This document shows, piece by piece, positions 1 to 13,500 of a stretch of 64,000 nt of DNA (positions are counted from its first letter, which is position 1; each line of letters begins with the position of its first letter). The notes under the pieces were generated by a model that saw only the letters and a program-made list of their open reading frames with translations, was not told the DNA's origin and searched no databases. Both the position numbers and the translations under genes were made by a program. Source of the stretch: Enoplolaimus lenunculus (lineage: Eukaryota); contig JASANG010003092.1 in assembly GCA_030248215.1 (NCBI GenBank), positions 62,001 through 126,000 on the forward strand. Direction: 5' to 3'.

Positions 1-1516
1 GGTTTCCCCTTTGAAGTTTGTTGTGCCACAACGCATAAACCGATGTGTTCGCTCCTACGCAACAGTGATTTTCATTCTGGTACACACCAGATTATACTCT
101 GTGGGCCCCAAGTCCTTGTAACCTTCGAGTGCTACCTTTTACTCACCGATTTTGCGTTCTGCAATCGCTTACGCAGCCCCTGAGCTGTTTCTTTTGTGTA
201 TAAACGCTTGAAAACGCAACTGCGCTTTGCAAGCACTACGTTTATAACTGTTAATTTTTGACTTAAAAACATTGCTTGCAATTGTGTTTGCTTTATTGTT
301 TTGTTTGTTTGTGTTTATTTCGGCGATTTGTCTGGCATTCTTCGTTTACAAACCCGATGTGCATCAGAGTGTTATAGGACGAAATTCCAAAGCATTATCT
401 TGCATGGAAAGGGTAAATAAAAGGTTGCCAAAGTCTTCGCGAGGCAATGGATTCGACAATGATAGTTGTGAGATAAAAAACAAAATAAATTACCGTTGTT
501 TTCGTAAGGATATTAGAACATTTACAGATCATGCCAATAATTTTACCACAGTTTCGTATTAAGCGGATTAAGAAAAAGATGAAACGGAAACGAATAGTGG
601 TATGAATAACGGAAACGGAAACGAATAGTGATATGAATAGCGGAAACGGAAAACGGACATTTAAGTACGACCGTTTAAATTTTTTTCTGCGAATCGTATA
701 CTATTTAGATGTGGAAACATTCATCATACCTTTTAAAGTTTTTGTTGCAAAAATAGCGGATGCAGTCAAAAATTGAATGATTTTAAGAAAAACAGGTTAT
801 TTTTGTTTAAATCTGAACATTACCGGCATATTTGCTTTGACAAATCCTCGAATGATTTGTGTAAAACACAAACAATATCCTTCCCCTTAGGAAAACCCTG
901 GAACCGATACTGCCGTGGCGACAGGGTTTGCTTTGTATACCGTAACTTCTGAATACGGACTTCAAATGTGTACAGCATTTTATATACACTAGAACAGGGC
1001 AGTGATGTATTCTCAGCTGTGTAAAAACTCTGGACGTATACTTCTATATAGTAGGAGGGTAATTTAATGTAAAAAATGTGCTAAATTTTGAAGTTCAACA
1101 TTCACATAAAAGTGAAATGGGCTGTTATAAATTCCGACACGAAAATTCAGCTTTGGTGGAGCTTTAATGGTATCACTGACGCATTTGCATTTTTTAACGG
1201 ATGTCAGACTAAGATAACCCACACAATCATGTTTCCGAGTGCATCGAAACAAAGCCTTTATAAACAAGAAGCATATTTGTTGAATTTTGGTTTCAGTCAT
1301 TCAGTCAGATCAGCGCCATAAGCGGCGATATAAGATCTCATATAGCTTGAAATCTGTGTTCGTTTAGAGCCTTGGATCAAACCGACATATTCATCAACCA
1401 TTATCTCAGGATCGCTGCTGACCAGCACCGTTTCAAATATACCAGATATTTTATTTAACCCACGCCGACTTGACGGAAATTATCCCGGATCAAAACCGCT
1501 TTGGATTATTGTGGGA

Positions 1517-4500
1517 ATGTCAACGAAAACTGCAGCCGCGCCTGGACAGGTGCCTAATACAAGTAAACCAGCAACCGGAACGAAACTAAAAGAATCTACA
1601 GTCGAAAAGGTAAAGCTAGAAATATTCATGCTTTTCCTGTGTTTTAACAGAAATTAGCGTAAGCTAAAATAGCTTAAATGTCAAAAAACTTTGTACGTCG
1701 CTATGCTCGATGCGTAGAAATGAGCTTATATATACGCGTAACACTTAAGTTAAAAAGTCCCCTGAAGCTTAAGTTTACTCTATTGCAGTCGCACAGAAAT
1801 CCGTTCCGCTCCTGATCGTACCATGGACCGAATATTACAACATATATATGTAACGATACCACTATAATCACGTTAGATTTAAACAATTTAACCAGCCGTG
1901 AAGATGGTTTCAGTAAACGTTCTACATTCTTTTCTTTTATACTCAATATCTAATCATCACTTTTAGGATGTAAAATCATCGAGATCTGTGTCCACAAAAG
2001 ACACGAAGGCGTCCAAAGAAAAACTGGCAACAACAACGCAATCAAAGTCAGACCAGAAAGCTGAAAACGAGAAACCAGTGGCCGAAACCACAGTTGCTAA
2101 TGGCGATTTGAAAGCCAAGCCCGAAAAACCAGCTAATAGCGACAATGATGAAGATGTAAGCTTGGATTGCATATGGATTTACTTTTTTAAGTATAACCAT
2201 TGTAATTAATAAATAATTGCCAGTTGGTGATAGGTTTTGTAACTTTTGAAAGAGAGCTAAATAGCAGTCGATGGTTTAGGATATTCAAAGCGATATACAG
2301 TCGATCTGCTATATAACAAGGATTAAAGTGTGGATGTTCAGGGGATATTCTATGCTATATCCAGAACAGTTTTATAAATATGAAAATCCGTCTGTATTTT
2401 CGTGGTCTCAGTTCTACTTTCTATATTGCTTTGAGCAACGTCGGAACAACCTATGGTGGGCCATCCAAAATTTCACGGTTGGCGCCTCTTGCGATGATCA
2501 AAATATTTTTCAAAATGTGAATTTTCAATTTTAATGCAAGTTAAATAATAACGGCTATTTTTGTTTAAAATCTTGTTAGGATGAAGGCCTTTATTTGGGT
2601 GCCCGTCCAAATCGAGAGTACGGAGGTGGCTACTTCCGGCTATGGACTTTGTTAATTGACAGCTAATGGTGGCCACGTATACTTATTTCGGTTGCAAATT
2701 AACACGGCATTGGTTTTAATTGCCAAATTGCAAATATTTAAGCGAAAATACATTATAATGTTTGACATTAAATTTGTTGCGTTTTAGATTTATGAATATG
2801 ACACGTCTTCCGAAGAATCTGATGCTGAAGGTCCGCCACCTATGATTCAGATTGAAAGAAGTAAAGATATTGGAGCGTTGGTAAGTAAGAATGGAAAATT
2901 GCTTTTTTAATTAATGCCTACCCGGAAAACAGTGCCCCTCTTCTGAAAGAGTTACTAAGCTTAAACTGCCGATTTATGTGACTTAAAATTTTAGTAAGTG
3001 AAATTTGCAATCGTAATTCATACACAACTCAAATCTTTGCTATGCAACTCGAAATTTATTTTTTGCAGCGTTCAAGTTTATTGGAAAGCCAATCAGAAAA
3101 ACCGAAAATAGAGAAAACAGGTAAGGTACTACCTTATAAGCTATGTATTTGTCGTTGGAAACTAAATTTTAAATGTTCTTGTTTTGATGTTGGTAAAAAG
3201 TCTCAGCTTTAACATTTTTAAAGCATTTTATCTCAAATATTTAGTAAAAGAATTGTCTTGAAGTCAAATAATTGATTTTCATCATAGGCATTTTGGCAAA
3301 TTAATACATGACATAAAAACGAAAAATGTCACATTTTGTTGTAAACTGATATGTTAAGAACTTTTGCGGAGCAGGCCATACAGGGAACTGTGGTGGAGGC
3401 AAGAAATATGGACCCTTAAAAAATTTTACGAAAACTAATGTTCAAAAGTTCTGACCTTTCGAATTTTAACCGTTTAGTATAGCCTACTAAATTTGTACAA
3501 CGAATAAAACTGGTAAGGGTTTTACAATACGAACATGTAGAAAGATAGCTGCTTCCTCATCAGATATGTGCATCTTCGCGCAATAATTTCGAGGGCAATA
3601 ACTTTTTAACCGTTAGTAATGCAGCAATAAAGGAGGAAACGTTGAACTCAGTTTGTCGATATCTGTAAGATAGGCCCTATTCATTATAAATTGCTAGAGG
3701 GGGTCCAGCCAGATACCGTACCTATATCGGAATTACATCTTAAGCTCACAATGCCATTGAAGCATAGCGTACTAAAACATCGCCACCTGTTCGTTACCAA
3801 AATTTGTGTTTGACACGTAAGTATGCACCCGGAACTATTTTGGTTTTAGATGCGATAAATTATACAGCTATGAATTTGCAATAAACTCGATGAAATATGT
3901 AAATCCAAGTTAAATTATTCAATTTGAGAGGTGGCTGAAGGTGTTGGCAAAGAAAACATCAGCAACATTACGTCTAATTTTGAAAAAGGTCCGGAAGATG
4001 ACAAGCCCAAAGAGCGTGTTAAGCTTACATTAGTCGATAAGGTACGTCTTGAACATAATTGGATGGTGTGTTAAACGTAGAAATCTTCGAAACCAAAAAT
4101 AGTTTAAAATCAAAGTTGACAACCTGATGGTAGCGATTTTATTTATGTCGTAGTCTAATCTACTATTCAGGTCAATCACCAATTGGCGTAGGCCAATCGG
4201 TTATTCTGAGCATATAGCAGTTTGGCCTATGCTAAATAGCGATTAACAGATGTAGGTAGTAAAACAACAGTGATGTAAAACAAACGCTGATTGGTTAACG
4301 CTACTGTATCTGTTTAAATAATAAAATCTGATTGGTCTTATGTTCAATGGCAGTTTAGCCTAGGCCAAACTGCTATTACATAAAGTAGCAGATATATATT
4401 ATATATAATTATTATTTAACTCAGTATTAAAGTAAGAAATTTATTTTATAGTTTCTCAGGGCATCGCCAAATTAATTGTTCGCCACTAAAAATAAATCGT

Positions 4501-7500
4501 TTTCTTGCGTCCTAGTGTGTCACCCATCGTGCCTTCTGTCATATGCCAAAGTACCAAACAGTCTTGCTTAAATTAGATTTAAAGTGTCACAATTTCAGGA
4601 AAAATACTCAAGTTTTAAAAATAAGTTCGAACACATTGACGAAGAAATGGAAAAAGAGACACGTGAACGCCTTGAAAAACAACATGCAGCTGAAGTTGAT
4701 CGGCTGAAAGGCGCAGGTATCATTTAAGTATTTTTAGGGTTGTTGCTATGATCGATGTGTATAGCTCCAGAAATTGGCCATTCCTAAAAGGCATAGGTCA
4801 TTTATTTTCAAACTCTATTACTAGAATTAGAGAAAGGGGTTGCAGCCATTTGAGAATTCAAATTTAGGTTTCACATTGACCATGAGTGATGTTCTGTTTA
4901 GAGCGGTCGCGTAGTTTGTTAGTACTCGTGGCAAGCCTAAAAAACCGCAAATATCTTTGCAGATATGATTTTTAATTGACCATTTCAGAATGCAAACTTA
5001 GATTTCACATAGAGCATGAGGGATGTTCTGTTTAGAGCAGTCAAGTTGTCTATTAGTACTCGTCGGAAGCCGAAAGAAATCGCAAATATCTTAGCGGATA
5101 TGATTTTAAATTGATGTGGTTTCAATTTTTAGGAAAAGAAAAACTATCAGACGCAGTAAATCGATTCGAAAAAGGCGACGAAGAGTTTCAAACGCCGAAA
5201 GAAGACAAGAAGATTGAAATTTCGCGATCAGAAGCGGACAAAAAGCGAATCAAGAAAACATTTCAAAAGGTGAGCGATTTTGATTTTTCTGCTTTAAATG
5301 TGTATTTAAAAAGGAACAAAACCCGGAATTTTAAGTTATCCGAACTTTATACCGAATGCGCGTCAACCAAAAATTTCAATTTCAATTGAAATTTAAAGCA
5401 TTTTTTAGCCATTTTTCTGTAAATCGAGTGGTTTGAGTCATTTTAAAACTTATGGATTTAATTACATCGCAGTGCATTGAGCTCGTGTTCCAATTTATTG
5501 TTCTTTTACCGTCCATCACAGATCCAAAGTCAAAGCTTATAGGGCAAACTTGTTCTTATTAAGCAAAAACGTGATCAAAACATTGTTAATTCTAGAAGAT
5601 TTTAAACTACAAAATTTGTCAATCTGCTCGCTTGCTTCGCTCGCTAAATTGCTTTCACCGTTATGAGACAGACAGACTACCGATTTTGGTGAAATATATT
5701 TCTGTTAGAAAACGTAAATAATTTTCTGTAAAATCATGACAACTGATTTAACGTTTTGTTTGTTTGTCAACCGGAATGTGCTCCTAATCGTGAACATCAG
5801 GAATCCCCGATGGGAGGTCGATGTATTACCTCCGGATGCACTGCAGGGACGCAGGATCCAGAGTGTTCCTATGCTAGCGAATAGTTGTGTGGGCAGAGGC
5901 GTAGCCTTATACTACTGTTCTGGCCCTGTTCTATACATGGGACCCTCTATTCTCCCATTGAATATACCCTTGGATGTGCGAAATTGATTTTTAAATTTTA
6001 GGCTGCCCCCAATGAAGAACCGAAAGACTGTTTCGTATGCGGCAAAACAGTTTACGCAGCTGAAAAATTATCGCTCGAAGGCAAAGTATTTCATCGACCG
6101 TGTTTCAAATGCAGCAAATGCGAGAAAAACGTCAGGTTTGTTTTATTGCCATATTTCTATATCCGCCTATATAATGACTAATTAGAAAATTTCCGGGCTC
6201 GTAGCCAAGATGATTAGAACTGTAGACATGATTTCAGTTCAGTAGAAAATAAAACCGTACGTTAAAATTTGTTATAACCATTAGCATTCTGATCGGTGTT
6301 CTAAAGCCTGTTAAAAGTGTATCTTTTTCTTGCCTCTCTATAAATTTCACACACGGATATATTTGTCTAATTTAAGTTAAAATTAGCATGATCAAGAACA
6401 ATTATGGGTTTTCTAAAAAGTTTTAGCATGTCTTAATGAACCGTGTGAAATTGTGACACGTCGTCCTGAAAGTGTTTTTGACCGTTAAAATGTCGAATTG
6501 GCTACTGGTCTGGCCTGCAAGTTGCAGAAATTTTTGTTGGCTTCGGGCAGTTCGTATTTACTTGTCGCCAACAATGATTGGATTTGTGCTTTGAAACAAC
6601 CTACACCTGAAAAATTTCGCCTGCGGAGTTATATCGTACTTGTGTCACCTGTACACACAACTATAATGGTATAGGCGAATCTTGAAAATCAAGGAATCTA
6701 TTTTATAACTTTTATATGGGCAGAATTATTTTTGCAATGGCGTTAAACATGGAAAAGGCCAGTTCTATCACTTGCATCGCTGTATCGCCCCTATTTTGAC
6801 TCTTGGTTTACTTTGGTTTTTACATGTTCTCAAATCAAACTAACCAAAAGTGAATCTTATGGTAGAATTTCATACGTTTCAAAAATGCGTCTGGCTTCTC
6901 ACGCGCTTCGATTGCTCGTCTTCCCTTCTCATTTGTATTAATATTGAATCTGGGTCGCCGTTGGTTTATAAATTCAGGCTGTAAACCGCAAAAACAAGGG
7001 TTTACGAATCGAGTGCCCATGGGTCTGAATTTTCACCAGGCCGACACAAACCAAAATTTTGTGTTGAAACATATCACTGAAACTGCGGTTGTCTTCTCAC
7101 TCGAGAGATTTCGTTCACATTAATATATTGCGAGCATCCATCAGAAATTTTTGGATCCGCTACTGAGTGTGTGAAGTTACGAATCTATTTTGGTTGACGA
7201 TTAATTTTCGTGATTTCACAACTGTAGTATTTACTCTCAGTGGCAAACTGTACATACATTTAACTGAACTGTCTTTTAACTGTATTTTATATAATCTGAT
7301 TATTTCAGCGTTCAAAATTACGGCACATACGAAGGCAAGTTGTACTGTACCATTCATATTAAAGAATTCCTAAAACCCGGAACTCTTGGAATGATCGATG
7401 CTGATGCACCAGAGATCGGTAAGAACGGTATCCTTTGCCACATAAATTACTACATACTCTCTAAAAGCTTAAACTAACTTGATTTAAGCTTAAGCTAATC

Positions 7501-10500
7501 CACCAGTATTAAACTAATTTTGTAGATTAACAAAACTAACTGGTAGGCTTATGCTTAAACTCATTTAAAATCTTACTTATTTTCAGTTTAAGCTAAACTT
7601 AATGAACTCTTAGATGCACATCATTTCTGGGCTGCACTTGTTACTTAAACTGAAAATAAGTTTACATAAACTCGTGTTAAACTTAAAAACACGTTAGTTT
7701 AAGTAAAACTTAAAATTTTAGTTTAGTTAGTCCGTCCAGCCATTTAAGTTCTACTTAAACTAATATTCAACTTTAGTTAAGCTATAATTTAAGTTTAAGT
7801 TTTTAGAGAGTAGGTATATACATATATAGATGTATATAAATATTTGCTAAACATATTTAATATATATAAATATATAAAAAAATAAATATTAAATAATGAG
7901 CTTCGATAGACGAGATGAATTCCAATCATCTTCCTTCATTCTAGAATATTTAATTCATATCTTAGCTTGAAGCTTCGTCAAAGCAATTAATTACTTTACT
8001 TTAGAATTTTACATGACATAGGTAGTATCCTCTATCAATTCAAGGGTCTACTTTACTTTATACCCGAAGAATTACGATAAAGTTACTCGGGACAAAAATT
8101 TTACGTCTTTCATATTTACTTTCAGAAATCCATGATGAAGAAATGGACGAAGACTATGCGATAATTAGTCGACCTAAAGCGCTTAACCCTGATATTGTTC
8201 GCTGTTAGTTTTTAATTATTTTTTTTCTGGTTAATATTAACTGGCAGTTAGTGTTTAGTTGGTGTAAAAGGTTGGTAAAAACTGGCAGCTGAACGAACCT
8301 TTGTAGTATAAATTATCCACAAACTGGTTTTTGGCAGTTGAAAAATCCGCAGAATATAAACGGTTTTTATTGTTTTGCACCATCCTTACTTGAAATTCAA
8401 CAGAAATTATATAAGCTGGACTGCCACCCGATCCACTTAAAGCTAAAATTTTCCACTGCAGTTTTACAGGGTGCATGCGGGAAGCGAAAAACTGAGCAAG
8501 AAAATTTGTTTTTTATTACAAAAATTGCATCAATCTTTACGATGGGTTGGTTTTGATTGGTTGACAATGCCACGGGTACCGCCACCCTACACCCATAGAA
8601 GTGCCTCAGGTACCTCAAGGGCCATGGTAAAATCTATCCGTCGTGTGATTTAGAAACATTTTGCACCTCAGGCGCAATTCAGGTTAGCCTTGAGTTATTC
8701 ACAGAACTTTGGCTTCATGCTCCTTTCACTCGCGAGTTTTCATTTGCCATTCTGTTGCACACACCTGGTTCATAAGTACCTTACGAGGTGATCATCTCAC
8801 AGGTGGAAGGCTCGAGTGCAGGGGTGGTGATATGAAGAACCTAAGGGGGGGCGCATGGCCAACTTTTTTGGATCTTTTCGTTATTAGCACAGCCAGCGTT
8901 TGTTCAAAGATGGTTGGATTTTGAAAATTGTTGCATATTTGAGCTCATGACATCGCATGGTCATTCTATGCCAATTTGGATTTTTGAAAAACTTGATTTT
9001 TTTATAAAGGTTTCAAGGCCCCTCTTGGTACCCAATAATAAAGTTATATAAATTATATCACATTCGAAGCAGCTTCTGAAGATGAGTCCAACTGAGTTAA
9101 ATTTTCGGCAGTCAAAGGTTCGGCTAAACGAGCTATGTTCAAATAATTGATTTGGCACGCTTTCAAAGATTTAGACGTCGCCAAGTCAGTTATTTTATCG
9201 TAACTTGTTAAACAAAGGTTTTACTGTTGAAAATTTAAACAATTTTCAAAATCCAATTGATTTTGGGAAAATGCCAGCTGGGTTGATAACCGAAGAGACC
9301 GTTCAATTAGCCTACTTTTTTATAGGGGAAGTTTGAAAAAACAATTGATTACTCGCTGAGATTGCCACAATCAAGGGTGCATAGTTAATATCCGTAAAAT
9401 ACATCCGCTGTCACTGCTGAGTATCTGGCCAATGTGCAAAGCACATCGGTGCATTTTGTACCGCGAACTTTTCGTAAGCTGCATACTTTTGTTCATAGCT
9501 TCGTTTCGACTCTTATTACAGCTTTAGGCTGTTAATAAGATCTAGGCCTGTTACTTTGGAACCAGTGAATGCTGAGGCTCAAAATCCAACACGTTTTTGC
9601 ATTTGATTTGCTCTTTTCCTGTACCAATTTTGAGTTCAGCAACTGCAATAGGTACACTGCAAAAAATGGTGAGTCAAATTGACTCCCTCCGAAATAGGCT
9701 CTATGGGACTACACAAATTGAGTCAAATCAGACTCCACCAGAGTCAAATTCGACTCAGTTAGTCGCACGTTTGACTCTGGCGGAGTCAAATTTGACTCAT
9801 TTTGTGTAGTCCCGTAGAGCCTATTTCGGAGGGAGTCAAATTTGACTCACAATTTTTGCAGTGTAGTGTGTTTGAGAACCTATTACTAACTAATGGTTGT
9901 TGCTTTACACATTTGAGAATATGGGCCCTAGACTCAGGCTTATGATTAAAAATAAAAATAGCTAGTTTAAAAGTATATTAATGTTATTTTATAACGCTGC
10001 AGCTGAAAACAAAGGCCTGTCCGACTTTGCTGAGTTGTCGAATCTCAAATCCGCAGCGAATGCCAAATCAAAGTGGGAAGAAAGCGTTGAACAGCAACAG
10101 AAAGTCGAACAACGCACTGCTGATCTCGATTATGAATTGTTCAAAGAAGGCAAAGTTAAATCGCGGTTGTCAAAGTGAGAGCAAGCGAAAGCACTTTCAA
10201 ACGTGCAGCGTTTAAAGTTGGGTTCTTGTTCATTCCCACCACATTTTTGGTTGACGGCTAGACTCCGGCTCAGATTTAGGTGATGGGTTGAGGAAGACAT
10301 TATCAGAAACGGATCCAGAAAAAGTAAAAGGGTTTAGGCGTTAGAGTCACGGAACAAAAAACAGTGCTTTCATAGGAAACTTGACTGACGCTGTAGAGTC
10401 AGCGCATATTTTGCCGTTGTATTTCACAAAACTTTTGCTTGGTACGAAGTGAAGTTCACGGGCACCCAATAAAACTTGCCCCAGATCCGCTCCTGCTTAG

Positions 10501-13500
10501 GCATTAGTAAGCGTTTTCGTAAACCTAAACCTACAGTATGAGCCTGATCCTAAACCTAAGCTTGTAAGGGGGAACTGGTTTGCAATTAATCATGTGCGTG
10601 TAGGTTCAACAATTATGTTCTAAAATGCATTAACAATTTGCTTAAATAAAACAACAAATTCTAAGCTGCAATTTGATGTGAGGAAAGTCAGAAGTTACTA
10701 ACAACGGTTTCATTTATATTTGTTTAAGATTTGTCGATGGTGAAAATGACCAAGAAAGCGGTGAAGAAATGAGCGAAGATGAAACGCCTGACGGAGATCT
10801 CGATCCGAATGTAATCCGATACAGCAAAAAGAAGCAAAAAGATGAAGTAAAATAGATTTTATGTAATATCTATTTTTATTTGAACTTTTTTATAATTTGT
10901 TTAGTATTCTCACTCGTCAGAGCACCAGGTTGTAAAAGTATATTTGTCATTAGTAGATGAAAAGTACGGGTTTTACTTCACCCTTTTGAAAGGTGGTGGA
11001 TGTCATCGGATGACGGCATTTCCGGAAGCAATGATTAATCACCGGTAATTAATTACGTCGGAATTCGAATGATCATCTGGAAATTTTTTCGTAATGTGTT
11101 TGTCCACCTCTGCTTTTATCCGGGATTGGGACCGGCAGGATATCGGGAGGTATCCAGGCAGCCTTAAACGGCAAACGCTACAACCAAAACACAAACCTCA
11201 CTGCAAACTAGCGCACTGCAAACCAAACACGCGCGCAGCAAGCCAAACCAGCACAGTGCAAGTCGAACTATCAAATTCCAAAGCAAAAAAAAAATGTTAA
11301 TCAAGCAAACTGATAGTTACGTATTAATCATACTTTATATGCCAGCCTTCCTGGGCCTTTACGTTGAAATGTGGAAGTAATCAGAAAGCGGAAGTGATGG
11401 AAAACGGAAATAATTAATCAGGTCGGAAAGCGGAAGTAATTAATCATCAGTGAACATACACCAGTTTAGTCCGCAACATATAGTTGTATTACTCACGGGT
11501 TTGGCAACCAAAAGTGTTTTTGCAATTTTTTTGTTAATGTTATTTAAACACAATATCAAAAACCCTTTGAAAAAACATCACTTTATAACATGTCATGACA
11601 TTGCTGCTCCGGACTTTGTCACAGTCAAAGGTATTTTAAAATTTTTTGTAATAAATCCATTGATTAAACAACGAATTTATATTACCATACCATTTTACAA
11701 CGCTACTTTTAGGTCTGTTAGCCGAAAGTTTTTCAACAATCTTAATATTTAAACACAATATCACGAACACATTTATAAAAACATCACTGAAATATTAAAT
11801 ACCATATGTTTTGCACAAGTTTTTCACATCTTCACGAAAACAACTTGTCATACATGCACCAAACTGATATGTGCGCCTTGCCCCGGTAAGTCCAATTTGC
11901 ACGAGACACACCTTGTACGGCAACCTTCTTGTAGCGGGTCAATTACAACGTTTGAGTTCTTCCAGTTTCTTTTGTCGAATCGCAAGTTCCAGCTCTTTTT
12001 TGTTGCAATTCAGATGCCGTTTGAGACCAACTTTTAGTCCAATATGTTTCACGTTGACGCCCAGTGCAGTAGTTGACGAGTTCCAAACTGTTCTTCCATA
12101 GCATTTTCGGGTTCACAGCAGTTTGCAGTACTCGTTTTTGCAAAGACTAAGTTCGCTAGGACAATCTTCGTTTTCGATTTTAACAAATAAATCCGAAATG
12201 GCAAGGCGCTTTTACACGGTTTTCTGTGGTACAGAAATTTCGAGAATAACAAATCATGTGAATAATTTGTAGTGCGTAGGTACGTGAACGGAAAATTCTA
12301 GAACAATAAATCATTTGGAGATTACTAATTTTTTCATCTTGAATATGTTGTTCAGATATTTCGACTTAGGTTAGAAAGGCTGGTATTGAAATATGGTAAT
12401 GTGACTATCACTTTGCTTGATTAACACTTTTTTGCTTTGTAGTTTGATAGTTTGACTTGAAGTGTGCTTGTTGTTTGGCTTGCAGTGCGCTAGTTTGCAG
12501 TGAGGTTTGTGCCGTGGTTGTAGCGTATGCAGTGTAATGCTGACTGGATATCTCCCGATATCCTGTCGGTGCCAAGCCCGGATAAAAGCAAGGGGTACAC
12601 TAACATTACTTCCGCACGGATTACTTCCGCATTCCAACTTGAAGTCCCAGGACGGCTGGTATATAAAGTATGATTATGTGACTATCAGTTTGTTTGATTA
12701 ACATTTTTCCTTTGTAGTTTGATAGTTTGACTGGCAGTTGCTTGTTTGGTTTCCTGTGCCCGTGTTTGGATTGCAGTATGCTAGTATGCAGTGAGGTTTG
12801 TGCTGTTGTTGTAGCGTTTGTCGCGTAATGCTGCCTGTATATCTATTGATATCTTACCGGTCCCAAGCGCGGATAATCAGAGGGGTACTAACACATTACT
12901 TAAAAATTCCTAGGTGATTAATCGCATTCCGACGTAATTAATTACACTTGATTAATCATTACTTCCGAAAATGACGTCATCTGATGACATCACAGGTGAT
13001 TAATCATTACTTTTGAAAATGGTGTCATCTGATGACGTCATCCACCCAGCACCCTTCGAAAGGGTGGAGTAAAACTTGCATTTTTCATCTACTGTCATAT
13101 CTGAGCGTTTAGACTTCTTTCACAAAGCCATTTTATTTTTAGATTAAAGCCGAAGTTGGCAATATCAAATCAAAGTTTGAAAAAGGCGAAACAGAAGCGG
13201 TCGGAGATGATGCAGCGCTAGCTGCAGAACGATCGCAAGAACTTGATGAAATTAAAAAATCCGTTCGAGTCAAGTAAGCCTTGACTAAAGTTTTTCTGTC
13301 TATTTCACTATATAAAAATGATCAACTCAAACAAATTGAAAAGCTATTGATAGAAGTTTGAACTTTTTCATTTTGAGCACTCTTTTATAGTGTTAAACTA
13401 TAATTGACTTAAAATTATTTCTTGAATGTTTTTCAGAGAACGATTCAAAGAAAAAGCTGAAGCCGGTGACAACGACACTAGCGAAGAACCTCATAAATCA

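Noticed and set aside
272..562. 96-aa ORF with a hydrophobic N-terminus
   Set aside because: The hydrophobicity comes from T-rich low-complexity DNA; no motif or convincing splice context.
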